Part shown: positions 27,281-34,911 of the stretch, piece after piece
Numbering within the stretch: position 1 is the stretch's first letter
Layout of the letters: each line of letters begins with the position of its first letter
Assembly: GCF_022750545.1 (NCBI RefSeq)
Contig: NZ_PUIC01000005.1
Location: forward strand, 440,281 to 504,280
Length of the DNA stretch: 64,000 bases
Source: Caulobacter sp. CCUG 60055
GTDB lineage: Bacteria > Pseudomonadota > Alphaproteobacteria > Caulobacterales > Caulobacteraceae
Direction: 5' to 3'
Program-made: the position numbers and the translations under genes
The notes under the pieces: generated by a model
Seen by the model: the letters and a program-made list of their open reading frames with translations, nothing else
The model's database searches: none
What the model was told of the DNA's origin: nothing

Positions 27281-27455
27281 TGCAAGCCTCTCTCCTGTGG
27301 TTCCCTTGACGTCCGCGTCAACATTTCACTTGCCTGCCGCAAGGGCAGGCCGGGCTGACTCTCAAACGCCTGTTTGCAGGATAATTATAACGCGTTCTAT
27401 TTGGCTAGCCGGAATCGGAACCGAGGCGGAACGTCAGGGACACGGGAGACGGAAC

Positions 27456-28628
27456 ATGGCGGAAGCATACATCGTGGCGGCGGCGCGCACCGCCGGCGGG
27501 CGCAAGGGCGGCAAGCTGTCGGGCTGGCATCCGGCCGACATGGCCGGCGCGGTCCTGGACAGCCTGATCGAGCGCACCGGCGCCGACCCGGCCGTGGTCG
27601 AGGACGTGATCATGGGCTGCGTCGGCCAGGTCGGCGAACAGGCCATCAACATCGCCCGCAACGCGGTGCTGGCCTCCAAGCTGCCGGAAAGCGTGCCGGC
27701 GACCAGCGTCGACCGCCAGTGCGGCTCGTCGCAGCAGGCCCTGCACTTCGCCGCCCAGGCGGTGATGAGCGGAGCCATGGACGTGGTGATCGCCGCCGGC
27801 GTCGAAAGCATGAGCCGCGTGCCGATGGGCCTGTCCTCGGTGCTGCCGGCCAAGAACGGCTTCGGCAACTACAAGTCGTCCAGGATCGAGGACCGCTATC
27901 CCGGCATCCAGTTCAGCCAGTTCGCGGGCGCCGAGATGCTGGCCAAGAAGTACGGCCTGTCCAAAGACCTGCTCGACGAGTACGGCTTCAACAGCCACCG
28001 CAAGGCGATCGCCGCCACCCAGGCCGGCCGGTTCAAGGACGAGATCGTCGCGCTGGAGGTCTCCACCCCGGACGGCAAGACCGAGACCCATTCGGTCGAC
28101 GAAGGCATCCGCTTCGACGCCAGCCTTGAGGCGATGAAGGGCGTCAAGCTCCTGCAGGAAGGCGGCGCGATCACCGCGGCCACCTCCAGCCAGATCTGCG
28201 ACGGCGCCTCGGGCGTGATGGTGGTCAACGAGCGCGGCCTCAAGGCCCTGGGCGTCGAACCCCTGGCCCGCGTCCACCACATGACCGTCATCGGCCATGA
28301 CCCGGTGATCATGCTGGAGGCGCCGATCCCGGCGACCCTGCGCGCCTTGCAACGCGCCGGCATGACGGTCGACGACATCGACCTGTTCGAGGTCAACGAG
28401 GCCTTCGCCTCGGTGCCGACCGCCTGGCTGCAGGTCACCGGCGCCGATCCGGAGCGCCTGAACGTCAACGGCGGCGCCATCGCGCTGGGCCACCCGCTGG
28501 GCGGCTCGGGAACCAAGCTGATGGCCACCCTGGTCCACGCCCTGAAGCAGCAGAACAAGCGCTATGGCCTGCAGACGATGTGCGAGGGCGGCGGCCTGGC
28601 CAACGTCACCATCGTCGAGCGCCTGTAG
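27456..28628 (+). CDS. Acetyl-CoA C-acyltransferase (thiolase)
   Basis: Thiolase active-site Cys (DRQCGSSQQA) and C-terminal CEGGGLA; ATG 27456 with GGGAGA SD. The ORF-track start 27246 is an artefactual extension. Confidence 0.9.
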   Translation: MAEAYIVAAARTAGGRKGGKLSGWHPADMAGAVLDSLIERTGADPAVVEDVIMGCVGQVGEQAINIARNAVLASKLPESVPATSVDRQCGSSQQALHFAAQAVMSGAMDVVIAAGVESMSRVPMGLSSVLPAKNGFGNYKSSRIEDRYPGIQFSQFAGAEMLAKKYGLSKDLLDEYGFNSHRKAIAATQAGRFKDEIVALEVSTPDGKTETHSVDEGIRFDASLEAMKGVKLLQEGGAITAATSSQICDGASGVMVVNERGLKALGVEPLARVHHMTVIGHDPVIMLEAPIPATLRALQRAGMTVDDIDLFEVNEAFASVPTAWLQVTGADPERLNVNGGAIALGHPLGGSGTKLMATLVHALKQQNKRYGLQTMCEGGGLANVTIVERL

Positions 28629-28649
28629 CGACCACCGGCGGGCGGACGC

Positions 28650-29885
28650 TCAGCCCACCAGCTCCGGCGTCCGCTCCTCCAGCCGTCCGGGCTTCAGTCC
28701 CAGCGGCCGCAGCGGCGCGCCCGCCGCGCCGGCGACCAGCATGGCCTGGGCCCAGGCCGTCGGCCCGAAACGCCCCAGCAGGCCGACCAGCCGGTCGCGC
28801 AGGAACGGCAGCGCCCGGCCGTCCGACTGGTAGACCGGCGTCACGGCGGCGGTGATCGCCTGATAGAGGCGGATGTGCCCCCGGCGCAGGCGGACATAGT
28901 CGCGCAGGCCGGCCGACAGGTCTTTCCCGTCGCGGAGGGCCTGGGCCAGGGCGTAGGCGTCGAGCATCGCCATGTTCGCCCCCTGGCCGAGCTGCGGGCT
29001 GGCCGAGTGCCAGCTGTCGCCGATGTGGACGAGACCCGGTTCGACCGGGCGCGGAACCGTGCGGTGGGTGTAGCGCGCGAAGGTCATCTGCTCGGGCGAG
29101 GCGATCTGGTCGAGCAGCGGCGCGCAGGCCGGCCACAGGGCGGCGACATGGCTCTTCCAGGCCGCCAGCCCCGCTTCGCGCCAGGCGGCGAGCCGGTCGG
29201 CCCGCAGGCTCCAGAACAGGGCCGCCTGCGGCCGCGCGCCGCCGACGCCAGGCCCCAGCGGCAGGACGCCGACCATGATGCTGGCGGCGCGGTAGCGTTG
29301 CTCCAGGGCGCGCGGGTCGAACCCGGCCCCCTCCGGCCAGTCGAGGCTGGCCCACAGCGCGCCGTAGTCCAGGGCCCGGCCGCAGGCCGGCGCCAGCGGC
29401 GAGCCCGATCCCAGGGCGTCGACGACCAGGTCGAAGGCGTCGCTGCGCCCGCCGTCGGCGAACGACAGCCGGCGGGCGTTCCCCTCGCGGGCCGCGCCGG
29501 TCACGGCGCGGCCGGTCTCGACCGCGATCCCGGCCTCGACCGCCGCGTCATAGAGCACCTGGAACAGGCTGGCGCGATGCACGCCCAGACCGCGCAGGGC
29601 CCCGAGGGCGGCGTAGCGCACGTCGAGCACGACGCGCCCCGACGGCGCGGCCTTGCCGAACAGACGATCGACGCGGGCGCCGACGGCGCCGAGCCGCCCG
29701 GCCAGGCCAAGCTCGTCCAGCACCGCCAGGCCGGTGGGCTGGATCATCAGGCCCGAGCCCAGGGGCTGAGGCCGCTCGAACCGTTCGAACAGGCGCACCT
29801 CGTGGCCGTCGCGGCGCAGCAGCAGCGCCGCCGCCAGCCCCGCCGGCCCGCATCCCGCCACCCCGACCCTCAGCTTGCGTTCCAT
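28650..29885 (-). CDS. FAD-dependent monooxygenase (salicylate-hydroxylase/UbiH-like)
   Basis: GxGxxG (GVAGCGPAGLAAA) and the DSWH FAD motif; start MERKL at 29885. Confidence 0.8.
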   Translation of the reverse strand: MERKLRVGVAGCGPAGLAAALLLRRDGHEVRLFERFERPQPLGSGLMIQPTGLAVLDELGLAGRLGAVGARVDRLFGKAAPSGRVVLDVRYAALGALRGLGVHRASLFQVLYDAAVEAGIAVETGRAVTGAAREGNARRLSFADGGRSDAFDLVVDALGSGSPLAPACGRALDYGALWASLDWPEGAGFDPRALEQRYRAASIMVGVLPLGPGVGGARPQAALFWSLRADRLAAWREAGLAAWKSHVAALWPACAPLLDQIASPEQMTFARYTHRTVPRPVEPGLVHIGDSWHSASPQLGQGANMAMLDAYALAQALRDGKDLSAGLRDYVRLRRGHIRLYQAITAAVTPVYQSDGRALPFLRDRLVGLLGRFGPTAWAQAMLVAGAAGAPLRPLGLKPGRLEERTPELVG

Positions 29886-30043
29886 GCCGCATGCATAGCA
29901 GAGCGCGCCAACCGGTCGAGCCGTACAAACGGCAACCGAGTTTGATCGCCGGGGGCCTTGCCTGGGCCGGGCGCGCCGGACACCTAGGACGCGCCGGACG
30001 CCGGGAAATGGTTCCATGCGCCGCGCCCGGCCAGGGGATCGCC

Positions 30044-30937
30044 ATGTCGCCGTTCAAGGGTCTTTCCGCCTTCCCCGTCACCCCGGCCGATCCGGACGGG
30101 CGGGTCGATGTCGACGCCCTGCGCGGGCTGGTCGCCCGGCTGGTCGAGGCCAAGGTCGATTCCATCGGCCTGCTCGGCAGCACCGGCACCTACGTCTATC
30201 TGAGCCGGGCCGAGCGGCGGCGGGCCGTCGAGGCGGCCGTCGCCGAGGCCAGGGGCCGGGTCCCGCTGCTGGTCGGCGCCGGCGCCCTGCGCACCGACGA
30301 CGCCGTCGCCCTGGCCCGCGACGCGGCCGAGGCGGGCGCCGACGCCCTGTTGCTGGCCCCGGTGTCCTATACGCCGCTGACCGACGAGGAGGTGTTCGTC
30401 CACTTCCAGGCCGTGGCGGCGGCGACCGACCGGCCGCTGTGCGTCTACAACAATCCGGGCACGACGCATTTCACTTTCGGCGACGACCTGATCGCCCGCC
30501 TGAGCCAGGTCGACCGCGTCGCGGCGGTGAAGAACCCCGCGCCGCCGCAGCCCGAAGCGGCCGGCGCCGTCGCCGCCCTGCGCGCCCGGGTCGCCGACGG
30601 CTTCTCGCTCGGCCACAGCGGCGACTGGCGCGCGCCCGAGACGCTGCTGGTCGGCGGCGAGGCCTGGTACAGCGTCGCGGCCGGGCTTTGGCCCCGGACC
30701 TGCCTGGAGATCGCCCGCGCCGCCCAGGCCGGCGAGGCCGAAAGGACGCGGGCGCTCACCGCCCGGCTGGAGCCGCTGTGGGCGCTGTTCCGCCAGTACG
30801 GCGGCCTGCGGGTGGTCCATTTCGCCGCCGCCCGCCTGGGCCTGCATCGGGCCGAGCCGCCGCGCCCGATCCTGCCGCCGCCGCCGGAGGCGCAGGCCCG
30901 CATCGTCGAGGTCATGGACGAACTCGGCCTGGCCTGA
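30044..30937 (+). CDS. Dihydrodipicolinate synthase/N-acetylneuraminate lyase family (DapA-like) aldolase
   Basis: DHDPS-family fold; start ATG 30044 (MSPFKG). Confidence 0.8.
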   Translation: MSPFKGLSAFPVTPADPDGRVDVDALRGLVARLVEAKVDSIGLLGSTGTYVYLSRAERRRAVEAAVAEARGRVPLLVGAGALRTDDAVALARDAAEAGADALLLAPVSYTPLTDEEVFVHFQAVAAATDRPLCVYNNPGTTHFTFGDDLIARLSQVDRVAAVKNPAPPQPEAAGAVAALRARVADGFSLGHSGDWRAPETLLVGGEAWYSVAAGLWPRTCLEIARAAQAGEAERTRALTARLEPLWALFRQYGGLRVVHFAAARLGLHRAEPPRPILPPPPEAQARIVEVMDELGLA

Positions 30938-30949
30938 CGGCCTAACGAA

Positions 30950-30978
30950 AACGCCGCCGTCGCGAGGACGGCGGCGCT
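30950..30978. terminator. Putative bidirectional hairpin between the convergent DapA-like and flotillin genes
   Basis: CGCCGCCGTC-GCGAG-GACGGCGGCG stem-loop. No clean T-tract, so confidence is low. Confidence 0.3.
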
Positions 30979-31000
30979 CCGTTCCGGGAACGGACGAGGG

Positions 31001-33001
31001 TTATTCGACCTCGGCCTCCTCCGGCGTCCGGACCACGGCGGCCAGGTCCAGCTTGTCGGCCATCAGCATGGCCAGCAGGCCCTGGACGATGGAGCCCCCG
31101 GCCTCGCCGCCGGCGCCGCCGGTGATCGACACCTTGGGCACCACGTCGACGCCGGAAGTCTCCAGCGCCTCGGCGAACCGCTCGGCGACCTGGCGGGCCA
31201 GCTGGTAGCGGGCGCCGCCGGAGGCCTCGACCTGGCTCTTGATCGCCTCGGCCTGGGCCAGGCCGACCTTGGCCACCTTTTCGGCCTCGGCGGCGGCCAG
31301 GACCACCGTGCGCTTGGCCTCGCCCTCGCCCAGCAGCCGCATGCTGTCGGCGTCGGCCTTGGCCAGGGTGCGGCGCTGGTCGGCCTCCTGCTCCGAGCGA
31401 GCCAGGCTGGCCTTGCCGGCGTTCTGCTGCACCTGGATCGACAGCTCGGACTCGGTGATCGCCGTCTGCTGCTTGGCGCGGGCCTCGGCCTCGCGCAGCT
31501 CGCGCTCCTTCTGGGCGGCGATCTTCTGCCGCTCGTAGGTGCCGACCTGTTCGTCGGCGATCTGGCGCTGCCGCAGCTGGGTCAGGATGCGCTCGATCTG
31601 GTCGTCGCCGTCGGCGCTGGGCCTGGGCGTGCCGATCAGCACCTCCTGCAGCTCGAGGTTATAGAGGCCGAACTTGGCCTTCATCTCCTCGGAGGACTGC
31701 TGCTGGATGGCGCTGCGGTCCTGCAGCAGCTCGATCAGGGTGCGGGTCTGGCCGATGTTCTTGAAATAGGCCGAGACCATCGGGTCGAGGGTCTGCTCGA
31801 CCAGCTTCTTGATGTCGCCGAACCTCTGGATGACCAGCGGCGCCTTGCGGTAGTCGATGTGCACCACCACCGACACCGGCAGGGTCGGCTCGAAGGCGTC
31901 GCGGGTGATCAGCGACACCTCCGCCAGGTTCTCGTCGAACAGGTGCGAACCGACGATGCTCTTCTCCCACTTCAGGATGAAGTTGGTGGTCGGCACCATG
32001 GTCACCCGCCCGGCGTAGGTGTTGAAGGCGTACTTGCCCGGCAGCAGCGGGTCGCGCCACACGCCGCGCTGGCCGCTCGCCACCAGTTCGCCGTGGCGAT
32101 AGGCCTCGCCCGAGGTGTCGGCCCCGGCGTCGCCGGTGTAGGACACCACCACCCCGACCTGGCCGACCTCGACCACCGTCTTGCCGATGCGCTCGACCGT
32201 GGCGAACAGGCGGTTGATGTAATAGGTCCCCTCGACCAGCACCTGCAGCTGCCGCCCCTTGCGGCCGCCGGCGGCCAGGAACCGCGACGGGTCCTGGAAG
32301 CTGTTGTGGAAGGTCGCCGCGTCCGACGGGTCGCCGCCGACCAGCGGGGCGATGATCTCGCCCGCCGCCAGGCCCGGCCCGTCATGGACGGTGATGATCC
32401 CGATCTGGTCGTCGGCGTCCTTGATCACCACCGGCTCGAACCCGGCCCGCGCCTCGATGACCTCGGCCATCTGGGCGAGCAGTTCGGCCTCGTCGCGGTC
32501 GAGGCTGAGGGCGAAGGTGCGGTCGCGGGTGATCACCACGAACTGGGCGAGGTTGAGGGCGTAGGCGCCTTCGCGCAGGACCTTGCGCTGCGGCCCCTTC
32601 TGCCCGCCGGCCTCAAGGAAGGCGCGGGTCAGCTGGAAGTCGGTCGCCTCGCCGTTGGCGGCCAGGGTCTGGTCGGGCTCCAGCGGCCGGCCGTCGCGGG
32701 CGAAGACGTAGCCGATCCGCCCCTGCGGGATGGTCACCAGCGGCTGGACGTGCAGGCGGAACTGGAACGGCGCGAAGAAGTGGAGGCCGCCGCGCAGCAC
32801 GTCCGGCTGGAAGCCGGCCTCGCCGCCCAGCGCGATCAGGCCGCTCCGGATCGAGCCTCGGCGGCTCCAGAGTTTCTCGACCACGGCCACCCGGTTGTTG
32901 GGAATATAGCGGATCATGCCGGACACGACGACGAACGCCGCGGCGAGCGCGACGGCAAGCGCCGAACCGACCCACGGCCCGAACGCTCCTAGCGATGACA
33001 T
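31001..33001 (-). CDS. Flotillin-like SPFH/Band-7 protein (YqiK family)
   Basis: N-terminal TM, SPFH domain, then a long Ala/Glu-rich coiled coil. Start is 33001 (MSSLG) or 33046. Confidence 0.8.
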   Translation of the reverse strand: MSSLGAFGPWVGSALAVALAAAFVVVSGMIRYIPNNRVAVVEKLWSRRGSIRSGLIALGGEAGFQPDVLRGGLHFFAPFQFRLHVQPLVTIPQGRIGYVFARDGRPLEPDQTLAANGEATDFQLTRAFLEAGGQKGPQRKVLREGAYALNLAQFVVITRDRTFALSLDRDEAELLAQMAEVIEARAGFEPVVIKDADDQIGIITVHDGPGLAAGEIIAPLVGGDPSDAATFHNSFQDPSRFLAAGGRKGRQLQVLVEGTYYINRLFATVERIGKTVVEVGQVGVVVSYTGDAGADTSGEAYRHGELVASGQRGVWRDPLLPGKYAFNTYAGRVTMVPTTNFILKWEKSIVGSHLFDENLAEVSLITRDAFEPTLPVSVVVHIDYRKAPLVIQRFGDIKKLVEQTLDPMVSAYFKNIGQTRTLIELLQDRSAIQQQSSEEMKAKFGLYNLELQEVLIGTPRPSADGDDQIERILTQLRQRQIADEQVGTYERQKIAAQKERELREAEARAKQQTAITESELSIQVQQNAGKASLARSEQEADQRRTLAKADADSMRLLGEGEAKRTVVLAAAEAEKVAKVGLAQAEAIKSQVEASGGARYQLARQVAERFAEALETSGVDVVPKVSITGGAGGEAGGSIVQGLLAMLMADKLDLAAVVRTPEEAEVE

Positions 33002-33142
33002 GGATGTAGCCCCGTGCGGCCGCCTGGAAGGCGACGATCGCCTCATGAAGGAGCGGCCTGGACCTTAGATGGGAATGCTGCGGCGCAGCAAAACCATGCC
33101 GCGCATTCGATCACGCCGATGTGTCCTTAAGGCGAGCTATTC

Positions 33143-34909
33143 TCAGCCCGCCGCCGGGACCAGTCCGCGCAACGCCTGGGCCGCCGCCTCGGCCGCCGGG
33201 CCGATCAGCACGTGGACGGCGCCGGGCTTGGGCTTGACCACCCCGCGCACGCCGAGGCCGCGCAGCGCCGCTTCGTCCACCGCCGCGCTCTCGACCACGG
33301 TCAGCCGCAGCCGGCTGGAGCAGGTGGCGACGGCGCGGAGGTTGTCGGGACCGCCGAGCGCGGCCAGCAGGGCGCGGGCGTCGGGCGCGGACGCCGCCGC
33401 GGCGGACCCCGCCACGACGGGAGCGGCGGGCGCCGACGGCGCGGCGGCGCGGGCCAGGGCCTCGACCGGCCCCTGGGCCAGCCGGGCGCGGATCTCGCCG
33501 GCCACCTGATCGGCGATCGGCCCCAGCACCACCTGCAAGGCTTCGGCCGAGGGACGGATGACGCCCCGCGCGCCCAACCCCTTTAACGCCGCCTCGTCGA
33601 CGGCCGCCTGGTCGCGCACGACCAGGCGCAGGCGCGTGGTGCAGGCGTCGACCGTCGCCAGATTGGCTGAACCGCCAAGGGCGGCGGCGAAGGCCTCGCC
33701 CCGGCCGCCCTCGGTCCGGGGGGCGACGACGATGGCGTCCTCCGCCTCGCGCCCCGGGGTCTTGAGGTCGAAGCGGCGGATCGCCCAGCGGAACAGCCCG
33801 TAATAGAGCAGGCCGTAGGCGACGCCGAACGGCAGCAGCACCCAGGGCCGGGTCGACTTGTGGAAATTCAGCACGTAGTCGAACAGCCCGGCCGAGAAGC
33901 CGAAGCCCAACCGCACGTGCAGCATGTCCATCAGCGCCATGGCCAGGCCGGTCAGCGCCGCGTGGATGGCGAACAGCGGCGGGGCCAGGAACATGAAGCT
34001 GAACTCGATCGGCTCGGTCACGCCGGTCAGGAAGGCGGTCAGGGCCATCGACAGCAACATGCCGCCCACCGCCTTGCGCCGCTCGGGGCGGGCGGCGTGG
34101 TACATGGCCAGGCACGCCGCCGGCAGGCCGAACATCATCACCGGGAAGAAGCCGGACATGAACTTGCCGGCCGAGGGATCGCCGGCGAAGAAGCGGTTCA
34201 GGTCGCCGGTCGCCCCGTGATAGTCGCCCAGGATGAACCAGGCGACGTTGTTCAGGATGTGGTGCAGGCCGGTGAGGATCAGCACCCGGTTGAGCACGCC
34301 ATAGACGAACAGGCCGACGTCGCCGGCCTGGGTCAGGGCGCGGCTGAGGCCGTCGATGGCCCCGGCGACGCCGTCGTAGCCGGCGCCGAAGGCCAGGGCC
34401 AGGACCAGGCCGGCCACGCCGCTGATGATCGGCACGAACCGACGGCCGCCGAAGAAAGCCAGATATTCCGGCAGCTTGAAGTCCGAGAACCGGTTGTAGA
34501 AGGTCCCGCCGATCAGCCCCGACAGGATGCCCAGCGGCACGCTGAGCTTGGCCATGGCCTTGTCCTTGAAGGCGCTGACCACAAGGTCGGCCTGGGCCTT
34601 GGCCACCGCTTTCAGCAACTCGGGCGGCGCGTGGATCAGGGTCTCGGCCCCCTTTGTCGCCACCAGGAAGCAGACCACGCCCGCCAGCCCGGCCGCGCCG
34701 TTGTTCTCGCGCGCGAAGCCCACCGCCACGCCGATGGCGAACAGCAGGCCGAGGTTGGAGAAGATGGCGTCGCCGGCGGCGGCGATGAACGGCACGTTGA
34801 GCAGGTCGTGCTGGCCCAGGCGCAGCAGCAGGCCGGCGACCGGCAGCACCGCGATGGGCAGCATCAGGGCCCGGCCGAGGGGCTGAAGCACGGCGAGCGG
34901 CGATTTCAT
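33143..34909 (-). CDS. nagE: PTS N-acetylglucosamine-family transporter EIICBB (EIIC + two tandem EIIB domains)
   Basis: EIIC glucose-family motif TGVTEPIEF. Two EIIB phospho-Cys motifs (CTTRLRL and CSSRLRL). ATG 34909 with a GGGAGG SD. The 979-aa ORF-track entry is an artefactual extension. Confidence 0.85.
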   Translation of the reverse strand: MKSPLAVLQPLGRALMLPIAVLPVAGLLLRLGQHDLLNVPFIAAAGDAIFSNLGLLFAIGVAVGFARENNGAAGLAGVVCFLVATKGAETLIHAPPELLKAVAKAQADLVVSAFKDKAMAKLSVPLGILSGLIGGTFYNRFSDFKLPEYLAFFGGRRFVPIISGVAGLVLALAFGAGYDGVAGAIDGLSRALTQAGDVGLFVYGVLNRVLILTGLHHILNNVAWFILGDYHGATGDLNRFFAGDPSAGKFMSGFFPVMMFGLPAACLAMYHAARPERRKAVGGMLLSMALTAFLTGVTEPIEFSFMFLAPPLFAIHAALTGLAMALMDMLHVRLGFGFSAGLFDYVLNFHKSTRPWVLLPFGVAYGLLYYGLFRWAIRRFDLKTPGREAEDAIVVAPRTEGGRGEAFAAALGGSANLATVDACTTRLRLVVRDQAAVDEAALKGLGARGVIRPSAEALQVVLGPIADQVAGEIRARLAQGPVEALARAAAPSAPAAPVVAGSAAAASAPDARALLAALGGPDNLRAVATCSSRLRLTVVESAAVDEAALRGLGVRGVVKPKPGAVHVLIGPAAEAAAQALRGLVPAAG

Positions 34910-34911
34910 GG

